Source: a virus (lineage: Duplodnaviria; Heunggongvirae; Uroviricota; Caudoviricetes). From it: DNA of 64,000 nt. Both the position numbers and the translations under genes were made by a program. This document shows positions 50,114 through 57,022 of this stretch, one piece after another (the stretch's first letter is position 1; each line of letters opens with the position of its first letter). The stretch is taken from positions 5,513 through 69,512 of the IMG/VR virus record IMGVR_UViG_3300028388_003891; one strand, 5' to 3'. The notes under the pieces are model-generated. The model did not search any database. It was not told where the DNA came from and saw only the letters and a list, made by a program, of their open reading frames with translations.

Positions 50114-50169
50114 GTCCCCCTGATGAGTCTTATCGGAGACGAAACGCAAAGCTAAAGTAGCGTCGGGGA
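50114..50169 (+). ncRNA. type I hammerhead ribozyme motif (HHR-1)
   Basis: GUCCCC(stem I 3')-CUGAUGA-GUCU/UAUCGG/AGAC(stem II)-GAAA-CGC...GCG(stem III)-UC^-GGGGA(stem I 5'); predicted cleavage after C50164. Confidence 0.6.
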
Positions 50170-50275
50170 AGAGAGAAGAAAATCTTCCCCCAGCTACCAC
50201 GAACTGTGAGCGTGGGAATCGCGGAGGGCAACAAGTCTCTTGTGACGGAAACCGATGCGACTTATCACAAATTAA

Positions 50276-50361
50276 CGCGGGATATACAAGCGGTCAACGT
50301 GATAGGGCTCATAACCCTATACCTTAGTGTTTCGTGGGTTCGAATCCCACTCCCGCAACCA
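50276..50361 (+). tRNA. initiator tRNA-fMet-like (CAU), atypical 14-nt variable region
   Basis: acceptor CGCGGGA/TCCCGCA with C1-A72 mismatch, anticodon stem-loop GGG-CTCATAA-CCC, 3' end CCCGCAACCA identical to E. coli tRNAfMet; T-arm GTGGG-TTCGAAT-CCCAC. Confidence 0.55.
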
Positions 50362-50734
50362 AATTAACAGGCTGCCTTTCACATAGCCTGTTTTGACCGG
50401 CCCCTGTTTTTCCTCCTCCTTTTCGCAGGGGCCGGTCACCCTCTCCCCCGTTGCCCTCAATCTGACATTAAGAGATAATGTCTATGTTGAATTGAGGAGG
50501 CACCAATGAGCAAATACATTGTTTTCCAAATCGAAGTGACCCGCGCCATGGCCGACAAGATCGAGGTGTGATCGACATCAGAGAGTCGATAATGCCGACC
50601 CACGTCACACTGGCGATTGAAGACGGCCGCCTGATGGTCGTCGACGGCAGTGGGTATGACTTCATCATTGAGGAAGAAGATGAAACACAATCCAGTAGCT
50701 AAACACGCACACAAGTTCAACAAATGCGCCAAGC

Positions 50735-50992
50735 ATGTTGACCGTAAGGCGCGTTCTAAGCGAGGATATCGCAAACACAGGAGAATTGATAATGGGTGTT
50801 GAGAACACAAATGTGGATACCAAAGAGCTCATGGTCGAGATTGATCTTGAACTTGGATCACTTGCGGCGCGGATCGCAACCGGCCTAACGTACAGCGAAA
50901 TCGTCGCGTTCGTTGAAATGATTGATAGCGAGGTATCCGACACCGAGTTTACGGACCAACTGATTAACGCCGTCCTACGCCTCAATGATTAA
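50735..50992 (+). CDS. hypothetical protein (85 aa)
   Basis: ORF inside tRNA array. Confidence 0.3.
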   Translation: MLTVRRVLSEDIANTGELIMGVENTNVDTKELMVEIDLELGSLAARIATGLTYSEIVAFVEMIDSEVSDTEFTDQLINAVLRLND

Positions 50993-51044
50993 CTGCCCTG
51001 ATGAGTCTTACAGGAGACGAAACGCGCTGATAGCGCGTCGGCAG
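50993..51044 (+). ncRNA. type I hammerhead ribozyme (HHR-2) whose cleavage site is the 5' end of the downstream tRNA
   Basis: CUGCC-CUGAUGA-GUCU/UACAGG/AGAC-GAAA-CGCGC/UGAUA/GCGCG-UC^-GGCAG; cleavage after C51039. Confidence 0.75.
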
Positions 51045-51121
51045 AGTACACCCGTAACTGGTAGCGGCCCGCACTGTAACTGCGCATAACGTTGGGGGTT
51101 CGAATCCCTCCTCTGCCACCA
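51040..51121 (+). tRNA. tRNA with GUA anticodon (Tyr-type), 8-nt variable region, irregular D region
   Basis: acceptor GGCAGAG/CTCTGCC, anticodon stem CGCA/TGCG loop CTGTAAC, T-arm GGGGG-TTCGAAT-CCCTC, A73, CCA. Confidence 0.5.
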
Positions 51122-51136
51122 AATTGAAAGGAGTTT

Positions 51137-51499
51137 GTGATGAATAAACGCTTCACGATTATCGCTGCGATAGTGATAGGCATCGGTAGTTTGTTTACTC
51201 TTTACGAAGGGGTCAAAGCTATCCGGCAGTATGCGTGGAACCATGAGGTTGTTGACGCTCGTCCCGTCGGTCCCGTTCGCACTGAGCAACGATTGATCGA
51301 ATGTGAGTATACAGGAATATGCTCTCGCTTTGATCCGCTGAACGGCGAGATGAGAACGGGGTTATCATCCTTTTGTCGCGGTCACCGTCCGGTCGTTGCT
51401 CGCATACAAGATGTGCAAGAGACGCTTCGTAACGGCGAGCAACGAATTCGAGAAGAGATAATGAGTCGCACAATCGTCGAGGGCGTAGCATGCAGATGA
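51137..51499 (+). CDS. membrane-anchored protein (120 aa)
   Basis: N-terminal TM helix. Confidence 0.4.
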   Translation: MMNKRFTIIAAIVIGIGSLFTLYEGVKAIRQYAWNHEVVDARPVGPVRTEQRLIECEYTGICSRFDPLNGEMRTGLSSFCRGHRPVVARIQDVQETLRNGEQRIREEIMSRTIVEGVACR

Positions 51500-51533
51500 G
51501 CAAAGACGTAACCAAAGAGATTCTCAAAACGAA

Positions 51534-51607
51534 AGGGGATTAGCATAACGGTAGTGCGTCGGACTCTGACTCCGAATGTGGTGGTTCAATTCCACCATCC
51601 CCCGCCA
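51534..51607 (+). tRNA. tRNA-Gln (CUG)
   Basis: acceptor aGGGGAT/ATCCCCC, anticodon stem TCGGA/TCCGA loop CTCTGAC, T-arm GGTGG-TTCAATT-CCACC, G73, CCA. Confidence 0.65.
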
Positions 51608-51612
51608 ACAAA

Positions 51613-51688
51613 GCAGCTTTAGCAATGATGGTTCATGCGCTGGCCTGAAGTCCCAGATATCTCGGTTCGATCCCGAGGAGCTGCACCA
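51613..51688 (+). tRNA. tRNA-Phe (GAA)
   Basis: acceptor GCAGCTT/GAGCTGC, loop CTGAAGT, T-arm CTCGG-TTCGATC-CCGAG, A73, CCA. Confidence 0.65.
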
Positions 51689-51708
51689 AACAACAAAGGC
51701 GATGAGCA

Positions 51709-51969
51709 ATGTATGCAGTTCCCGAACGGTTTGATGTCCAGGCGCTTGGACGCACGATTACAGTGGTCTCCACGGCGAAGCCAGAAGATGGCGTGTATCA
51801 ATTGTGCGTAGAGATAGATGGCGAAATGGTACAGCTCGATACCTCGGTGCGAATAGAAGGACAGGAACTCTCATATATGATTCACGAGGAGGGGTATCAC
51901 GACATCTTGTTCCGTCTGGTTGCAGACGCAATTGAAGAACAGATGGGCCGTTCAGAAGCAAACAGCTAA
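51709..51969 (+). CDS. hypothetical protein (86 aa)
   Basis: ORF in tRNA array. Confidence 0.4.
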   Translation: MYAVPERFDVQALGRTITVVSTAKPEDGVYQLCVEIDGEMVQLDTSVRIEGQELSYMIHEEGYHDILFRLVADAIEEQMGRSEANS

Positions 51970-51970
51970 A

Positions 51971-52048
51971 GCGCCTGTAGCCCAATCAGGTAGAGGCAGC
52001 GGCTTTAAACCCCGTTCAGTGTGGGTTCGATCCCCTCCAGGCGCACCA
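51971..52048 (+). tRNA. class-I tRNA with UAA anticodon (Leu-type anticodon, 5-nt variable loop)
   Basis: acceptor GCGCCTG/CAGGCGC, anticodon stem GCGGC/CCCGT (1 mismatch) loop TTTAAAC, T-arm GTGGG-TTCGATC-CCCTC, A73, CCA. Confidence 0.5.
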
Positions 52049-52082
52049 ACATCGGTTGACGACAACACGCTGGTAAGGGACA

Positions 52083-52301
52083 ATGAGTCTTTTGGAGGAT
52101 AAAACAATGGGTGAACGAACAATTCCTGCTCCAACAGAGCATCACTTCAGCTTTGCGACGGCAGTGGTCGATAATATGGTTCGCAACTGTGGAATCACAA
52201 GCTCCGGCGAAGACATCGATAAACTTAAAGACGCGATGGTTTCGTGCATTGCCCACCGTGACGCAGAGATCCTGTGGCTGCGCAAACTGGTGCATCCGTG
52301 A
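52083..52301 (+). CDS. hypothetical protein (72 aa)
   Basis: ORF. Confidence 0.3.
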   Translation: MSLLEDKTMGERTIPAPTEHHFSFATAVVDNMVRNCGITSSGEDIDKLKDAMVSCIAHRDAEILWLRKLVHP

Positions 52302-52603
52302 TGTTGTACACTCCAGATAGATGGGTGTTGCTGGAAATCGAGCCGTACAAGTTGTACAAAGTGCTGGCGGGGTGGAATGGTGGTTATCTTTCGGCGGACG
52401 AATGGCGGATCAACTCCGGCATTAAAAGTCTGACCGATGAAGGCCAATATTTCACAGCAACAGGACACAGCGGCAGTGAATACCGTTTGTACAAGGATGC
52501 AGAGGGGTTCAATAAGATCAGCGCAGATGTGCTGTACAACCTCCAGAATGCTTATCCCCATATCGTCACTGTTTCTGCTGAACAATATTTTACGCGGGTG
52601 TAG
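52274..52603 (+). CDS. hypothetical protein (109 aa)
   Basis: ORF; 3' end overlaps tRNA-Gly start. Confidence 0.4.
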   Translation: MAAQTGASVMLYTPDRWVLLEIEPYKLYKVLAGWNGGYLSADEWRINSGIKSLTDEGQYFTATGHSGSEYRLYKDAEGFNKISADVLYNLQNAYPHIVTVSAEQYFTRV

Positions 52604-52669
52604 CTCAGTTGGTAGAGCATCTGGTTGCCAATCAGAAGGCCGTGGGATCGTGACCCATCACCCGCTCCA
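52594..52669 (+). tRNA. tRNA-Gly (GCC)
   Basis: acceptor GCGGGTG/CACCCGC, D-arm GCTCAGTTGGTAGAGC, loop TTGCCAA, T-loop ATCGTGA, CCA. Confidence 0.75.
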
Positions 52670-52803
52670 AATTCTTGAATATGGAATGAGGAGAACTTAG
52701 TGAACAAACTTCGTAATCCGTACGATTCAAGGCAAGCGCCATCTGGGCGCGAATCTAAACAAAACGAACAACCCAGCCCATACGACGCGAGTGGTGTTCG
52801 TCG

Positions 52804-53100
52804 TTGGCTCGAACGGAAAACGAGGCGAAAACATCAAAAGTGAGATTGCTAATTTTTGCAGCGGTGCTGCTTTGTACAGCCTGCTCGACTACGCCGCCAG
52901 GAGTGACAAAACAGTGCGTACGTTACGAGTACAACAACGACTGGGAAATTGTTCAAATGGGCGGCTTCTACAGAGTAAAAGCGCCTCAGATGATATGCCG
53001 AAAATGGATGTATTATGAAAGTAGCAGTGACCGGTACGCGCCACGGAATGACTCGTCCACAAAGACAAATGGTGATGTCGACGATCCACCAGTAGACTGA
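52804..53100 (+). CDS. putative secreted protein/lipoprotein (98 aa)
   Basis: signal-peptide-like N-terminus ...LLIFAAVLLCTAC. Confidence 0.4.
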   Translation: MARTENEAKTSKVRLLIFAAVLLCTACSTTPPGVTKQCVRYEYNNDWEIVQMGGFYRVKAPQMICRKWMYYESSSDRYAPRNDSSTKTNGDVDDPPVD

Positions 53101-53101
53101 G

Positions 53102-53470
53102 TTGCATCAAGGATGCTGCAAAGGCGTTGATCGCGAATGCTACCTAATGGCAGCAGACAATCCAGACTACGACATAACGATTTACTCGTACCCACCAATT
53201 AATGATCACTATGCGATCAAGTGCCTCGGTCATGTCAATTACAAGCCACAGCCGTTCCTTGTACGCGATCGTGCTCTGGTAGATGCGGCGGATATTCTGC
53301 TATCGATGCCACTTACTGATTACGAGACATTTCGCAGTGGTACATGGTACACTACACGCTATGCTCTGCAGCAGGACAAGCCTGTCGTACTGATTCAACC
53401 TAACGGCACTAGTGTGCCTGCTGATGAAATTGAGAGATACTTACTACCTGGAAAATGGGGTGAAAGGTAA
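53102..53470 (+). CDS. hypothetical protein (122 aa)
   Basis: ORF. Confidence 0.4.
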   Translation: MHQGCCKGVDRECYLMAADNPDYDITIYSYPPINDHYAIKCLGHVNYKPQPFLVRDRALVDAADILLSMPLTDYETFRSGTWYTTRYALQQDKPVVLIQPNGTSVPADEIERYLLPGKWGER

Positions 53471-54435
53471 TGGAATTCATCAAATACAGCTCGATTGAGA
53501 ATCACTACCGTGAGAAGGTTGTCGACTGGTATCGTGAAAATGGATTAGAAAACGTCGGATGGATCTTGACGGAGAAGATCCATGGCGCTAACTTTTCTTT
53601 CTGGTGCAACAGCAGCGAAGTCAAGGTCGCATCTCGTAACCAATGGGTCGACAGCACATTCTATAGCTGTCAGGACATCATCGACGCGTACACGCCCGTT
53701 GTGCTAGAGCTCGCTACTTTCTTCCCCAACAGCACTGTAGCTGTGTATGGGGAGCTGTACGGACCCGGTATTCAGAAGGGGGTCAATTACGGCGACAAAA
53801 AAGATTTCGTTGCCTTCGACATTCGAGTTGACGGATACTTCCTAGATCGTAATAAAGTACATGTGTACATCGCTGGTGCAAACCAGCTGACATTACAAAA
53901 GCACGGTCAGAGGTCCACCTTGATGGACGTTGTCCCTATTGTTGGCTCGACAGTGTCACTAACACAAGTGCTTGAGTTTGATAACGAGTTTGTATCTGTG
54001 CTTGGCCGTCTCAATGGTGTCGACGACGATGCCAACCTTGCTGAGGGATTCATTGCAACGCCAGTCGGCAAAGCGTACCAACGCATTGGCAGCGACCGTG
54101 TGATCCTCAAATCGAAAGGTGAAAAGTGGACAGAGAAAAGCAAGAAGGTAAAGACGCCTCGTGCTCCTGTTACTGAGCACCCACTGACATCAACGGTTGA
54201 GCAGTATGTCAACACCAACCGTGTCGATGCTGTCACAAGTAAGATGGGCCCGTTGACTCCAAAGGACTTTGGTCGGATCATTAGGGCTGTTTGTGATGAT
54301 GTCATTGATGACATGGTGAAGGACGGTGATGTTCGTAGCTGCTGGCGCGATGACGAAGAGACGAAAGACCTTGGCAAGGTTGTTAACAAAGTGGTAGTGC
54401 CTTTCCTCAAGAAAGAGCTGCTACCGACGTTGTAA
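53470..54435 (+). CDS. RNA ligase 2 (T4 Rnl2/gp24.1-like)
   Basis: KYSSIENHY and adenylation motif KIHGANFSF match T4 Rnl2 N-terminus; nucleotidyltransferase plus C-terminal domain size. Confidence 0.75.
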   Translation: MEFIKYSSIENHYREKVVDWYRENGLENVGWILTEKIHGANFSFWCNSSEVKVASRNQWVDSTFYSCQDIIDAYTPVVLELATFFPNSTVAVYGELYGPGIQKGVNYGDKKDFVAFDIRVDGYFLDRNKVHVYIAGANQLTLQKHGQRSTLMDVVPIVGSTVSLTQVLEFDNEFVSVLGRLNGVDDDANLAEGFIATPVGKAYQRIGSDRVILKSKGEKWTEKSKKVKTPRAPVTEHPLTSTVEQYVNTNRVDAVTSKMGPLTPKDFGRIIRAVCDDVIDDMVKDGDVRSCWRDDEETKDLGKVVNKVVVPFLKKELLPTL

Positions 54436-54451
54436 CACGCTTGGCAGTGTA

Positions 54452-54495
54452 GGCGGGTGAGGAACCACGAACTGGATCCAGTGACCCCGCCGTTT
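54452..54495 (+). terminator. terminator-like hairpin after RNA ligase
   Basis: GGCGGG...CCCGCC stem with long loop followed by GTTTTAT. Confidence 0.4.
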
Positions 54496-54505
54496 TATAA
54501 ATTAC

Positions 54506-54582
54506 GTCCCTATAGGTTAACAGGTTAGACCTTCAGGCTTTCAACCTGGCAGAGTGGGGTTCGAGTCCCCCTAGGGACACCA
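54506..54582 (+). tRNA. tRNA-Glu (UUC)
   Basis: acceptor GTCCCTA/TAGGGAC, stem TCAGG/CCTGG loop CTTTCAA, T-loop TTCGAGT, A73 CCA. Confidence 0.75.
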
Positions 54583-54585
54583 AAT

Positions 54586-54686
54586 TACGTGCTTGGTGTA
54601 ATGCGTAGCATACCAAGACCGAACTGCGCGAACGCAGATGTAGGCAATCAAAATGGGAGGTCCAGGTTCGAATCCTGGGGCACGTA
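54586..54686 (+). ncRNA. ~100-nt structured RNA with tRNA T-arm and 8-bp terminal helix but no anticodon arm (tRNA-like / Y-RNA-like candidate)
   Basis: terminal helix TTACGTGC/GCACGTAA, internal hairpins CTTGGT..ACCAAG and CTGCG-CGAA-CGCAG, 3' T-arm CCAGG-TTCGAAT-CCTGG. Confidence 0.3.
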
Positions 54687-54695
54687 ACTAATAAA

Positions 54696-54772
54696 CTGGG
54701 TATAGGGCAGTCTGGTAGCCTACCTCCCTTGGAAGGAGGATGTCGATGGTTCAAATCCATCTACCCAGACCA
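54696..54772 (+). tRNA. tRNA-Pro (UGG)
   Basis: acceptor CTGGGTA/TACCCAG (C1-G72), stem CCTCC/GGAGG loop CTTGGAA, T-arm GATGG-TTCAAAT-CCATC, CCA. Confidence 0.75.
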
Positions 54773-54924
54773 ATTTTGGCTTGTACGCAAGCGGTGACGG
54801 AAGCAGCTTGCAGAATGTGTTGAACGTCAGATGTGGGTAATACTAGAATCGCTATCTAGAACTAAGACATAGCCACGATGCCGGAGATCCGTGGGGTGCG
54901 TCGTGGCGGCCAAAATTCAACAGA

Positions 54925-55000
54925 GGTGCCGTAGCTTAACGGGGAAAGGCTCAGACTGTCAATCTGAGAGATACGGGTTCGAGACCCGTCGGTACCGCCA
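54925..55000 (+). tRNA. tRNA-Asp (GUC)
   Basis: acceptor GGTGCCG/CGGTACC, stem TCAGA/TCTGA loop CTGTCAA, T-arm ACGGG-TTCGAGA-CCCGT, G73 CCA. Confidence 0.75.
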
Positions 55001-55018
55001 AACTAAAAGGAGAAGAAA

Positions 55019-55267
55019 ATGGACGACAACCAGTTGTATTCCATCAGTTGTATTAGCTTCTTTTTTACGATATGCGTCATAGCGTTTACAATCGGATCTT
55101 GTAATACCAGAGAAGCAGAGCAGGAAACGGAGAGGTATCGAATCGAAATGGATCGATACGATCCTGGTTCGATTGACTATTTGGAAGCGCAGTGTATCGA
55201 GAAGTCGGGACTCCATGCTTCGATACTTCGGTTCTGTGAAGAAGCGCTGGAGAAAGCAAACGGATAA
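55019..55267 (+). CDS. putative lipoprotein (82 aa)
   Basis: hydrophobic N-terminus with lipobox-like TIGSC. Confidence 0.4.
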   Translation: MDDNQLYSISCISFFFTICVIAFTIGSCNTREAEQETERYRIEMDRYDPGSIDYLEAQCIEKSGLHASILRFCEEALEKANG

Positions 55268-55268
55268 T

Positions 55269-55345
55269 GCGCCCCTACGCAAATTGGCAAAGCGGCTGGC
55301 TTTAGAAGCCGGTGTTTCTCGGTTCGAGTCCGAGGGGGCGTACCA
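55269..55345 (+). tRNA. class-I tRNA with UAG anticodon (Leu-type anticodon)
   Basis: acceptor GCGCCCC/GGGGCGT, stem CTGGC/GCCGG loop TTTAGAA, var TGTTT, T-arm CTCGG-TTCGAGT-CCGAG, A73 CCA. Confidence 0.55.
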
Positions 55346-55351
55346 AACAAT

Positions 55352-55428
55352 GGGTCGTTAGCTTAATTGAGTAAAGCAGCAGGCTTTTAACCTGCCAGAT
55401 CTGAGTTCGAGTCTCAGGCGGCCTACCA
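55352..55428 (+). tRNA. tRNA-Lys (UUU)
   Basis: acceptor GGGTCGT/GCGGCCT (G-U rich), stem GCAGG/CCTGC loop CTTTTAA, T-arm CTGAG-TTCGAGT-CTCAG, A73 CCA. Confidence 0.7.
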
Positions 55429-55541
55429 AATCAATATGGCGCTAACTCGTGCCCCGACCACCAGATCGGACTACAATGCTGGTAGGCACCTAGGCCTATA
55501 CTCGCCCCAGTCGAGTGAACGTGTGACAGTTACGACGACAC

Positions 55542-55653
55542 GACCATAATGGAACTGGGACAAATTCTTGGCATGTAGCATTGAAGGTAATGCGCCGCAC
55601 TGTTAATGCGGAGGAATCCGGTTCGATCCCGGACGTGCCAGCCAATTATGGTC
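55542..55653 (+). repeat. 9-bp inverted repeat GACCATAAT / ATTATGGTC bracketing tRNA-Asn (putative precursor-processing stem)
   Basis: 55542-55550 and 55645-55653 are perfect reverse complements; the 3' arm starts right after CCA. Confidence 0.5.
55569..55644 (+). tRNA. tRNA-Asn (GUU)
   Basis: acceptor TGGCATG/CGTGCCA, stem CCGCA/TGCGG loop CTGTTAA, T-arm TCCGG-TTCGATC-CCGGA, G73 CCA. Confidence 0.75.
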
Positions 55654-55910
55654 CGTTGCATTGGGATGCATCCCTTTGCTGATAAACGAAGGGGAGTAAG
55701 TCGGGCACGCGACCGACCGGAAGCCGGATATAAAGCTGTCATCTGACATGGTGGCAGTCGGACCGCCATACAATGGGGCGAAGTGACGTAGACGCGCGTT
55801 AAGAACAGCCGATCTGAGCCCCACCATAAATAGGTCAACACACTACAGGTTGACAACATGATAGCTTTCAAGGACCATATTCAAGAATCAAGAACAGCTA
55901 AAGTTTTAAC

Positions 55911-55984
55911 GCCCGGTTAGCTCAATGGGAGAGCTACTGCCTTACAAGCAGAGGACGGTGGTTCGATTCCATCACTGGGTACCA
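55911..55984 (+). tRNA. tRNA-Val (UAC)
   Basis: acceptor GCCCGGT/ACTGGGT, D-arm GCTCAATGGGAGAGC, loop CTTACAA, T-arm GGTGG-TTCGATT-CCATC, A73 CCA. Confidence 0.6.
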
Positions 55985-56012
55985 AGAATAGTGGAGGGCT
56001 AATGCCCATCTG

Positions 56013-56082
56013 CGAGCTCCACAACGACTGGCAAATGGCGCTGGGGTGTCCCGGAACGGAGGTTCGATTCCTCCCAGTTCGT
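56013..56082 (+). other. tRNA-like element with T-arm and acceptor-like helix but a tetraloop hairpin in place of an anticodon arm (pseudo-tRNA or tRNA-like RNA)
   Basis: CGAGCTC ... CTGGG-GTGT-CCCGG ... GGAGG-TTCGATT-CCTCC-CAGTTCG; too short (70 nt) for a tRNA. Confidence 0.3.
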
Positions 56083-56245
56083 ACTACAACACCGGTTAGT
56101 GATACGAGTAACGATTAAGTTACAGTTGTGGAGCGGTACTATTAGGAATGGCTACAGCATCTAATTACTACGCAGCCAAAGAAAGCCATTCCGTAACAAT
56201 TAAGAGTGTTTGCAGCAACTAATCTTCCATGCTAAGGACGAGGCC

Positions 56246-56271
56246 GCAGGTTCGAATCCTGCTCCCCGCCA
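56246..56271 (+). other. orphan tRNA 3' half (T-arm + acceptor 3' strand) fused directly upstream of tRNA-Ala 5' strand
   Basis: GCAGG-TTCGAAT-CCTGC-TCCCCGCC then ATCGAC then GGTGGGGG; CCCCGCC/GGTGGGG can pair as a hairpin; no complementary 5' acceptor strand upstream. Confidence 0.3.
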
Positions 56272-56277
56272 TCGACG

Positions 56278-56400
56278 GTGGGGGTAGCTCAGCGGTAGAG
56301 CGCGTAGAAATACACTCTGTTTATTTTTGGGGGTGCCGTATGGGACGGACTTAGCCCTTGCAAGGCTGATGGTCGGGATCGTTACCCGATACCTCCACCA
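56278..56400 (+). tRNA. tRNA-Ala (UGC)-like gene with ~48-nt insertion or duplicated 5' half
   Basis: canonical 5' acceptor+D-arm GTGGGGG-TA-GCTCAGCGGTAGAGC (56278-56301), then 48 nt including a second possible 5' strand GGGGGTG (56329-56335, gives G3-U70), then anticodon arm TTAGCC-CTTGCAA-GGCTGA, T-arm TCGGG-ATCGTTA-CCCGA, 3' TACCTCCACCA. Confidence 0.4.
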
Positions 56401-56406
56401 AACATT

Positions 56407-56484
56407 CACCGTGTAGCTCAGTCTGGTCAGAGCGTTCGCTTTGGAAGCGTAGGGCCACTGGTTCGAATCCAGTCATGGTGACCA
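56407..56484 (+). tRNA. tRNA-Pro (UGG), second copy
   Basis: acceptor CACCGTG/CATGGTG (C1-G72), D-arm GCTCAGTCTGGTCAGAGC, loop TTTGGAA, T-arm ACTGG-TTCGAAT-CCAGT, A73 CCA. Confidence 0.6.
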
Positions 56485-56664
56485 AATTGGTTCGTGGACT
56501 ACCGTAAGACGCCTACGTTTAGGTGCCGCGACCCCACGAACAAGTCGTGGGACGACAAGCGCGAATGTGTTATATACTTCACACGGACGGTGGCGTCTGT
56601 TGTTGTGAAAGTCGTTAACTAGCGTTGAGCTGATCACTCTAGTCCCGCGGCGGCGCTATTAAAT

Positions 56665-56740
56665 GGGTCGTTAGCTTAACTGGCAAAGCTCCGGTCTCCA
56701 AAACCGGCAGATCGCGGTTCGAAGCCGTGGCGGCCCGCCA
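56665..56740 (+). tRNA. tRNA-Trp (CCA)
   Basis: acceptor GGGTCGT/GCGGCCC, stem CCGGT/ACCGG loop CTCCAAA, T-arm CGCGG-TTCGAAG-CCGTG, G73 CCA. Confidence 0.75.
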
Positions 56741-56817
56741 AACAGCTCATAAGGTGAGCAGTTGCGACTGGTACATATTCGCCGCCACGCCATATTTTCT
56801 CTTGCCGGAAGATAAAC

Positions 56818-56893
56818 GCTCCTAAAGCATTGCTGGCCGATGCACGGGTCTTGTAAGCCTGAGAACTCAGTTCGATTCTGAGTAGGAGCACCA
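56818..56893 (+). tRNA. tRNA-Thr (UGU)
   Basis: acceptor GCTCCTA/TAGGAGC, A8A9, D-arm GCAT..ATGC, stem CGGGT/GCCTG loop CTTGTAA, T-arm CTCAG-TTCGATT-CTGAG, A73 CCA. Confidence 0.7.
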
Positions 56894-56897
56894 ACAT

Positions 56898-56973
56898 GCC
56901 CTCAAAGCATTGCCGATTGATGCGCGAGTTTCGTAAACTTGATAACTGCGTTTGATTCGCAGTGAGGGCTCCA
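56898..56973 (+). tRNA. tRNA-Thr (CGU)
   Basis: acceptor GCCCTCA/TGAGGGC, paralogous to previous, stem CGAGT/ACTTG loop TTCGTAA, T-arm CTGCG-TTTGATT-CGCAG, U73 CCA. Confidence 0.7.
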
Positions 56974-57022
56974 ATTGAGCAACTGCAGAATGTCTGCGGT
57001 GATATACAGGTAGGACGCATAA

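Noticed and set aside
49973-50155. 60-aa ORF
   Set aside because: It contains the complete hammerhead core (CTGATGAG...GAAAC) and has no RBS. A non-coding ribozyme is the better explanation.
53417-53430. CTGATGAAATTGAGAG resembling a hammerhead core
   Set aside because: It lacks a stem II and the GAAA junction and lies inside a CDS. Chance match.
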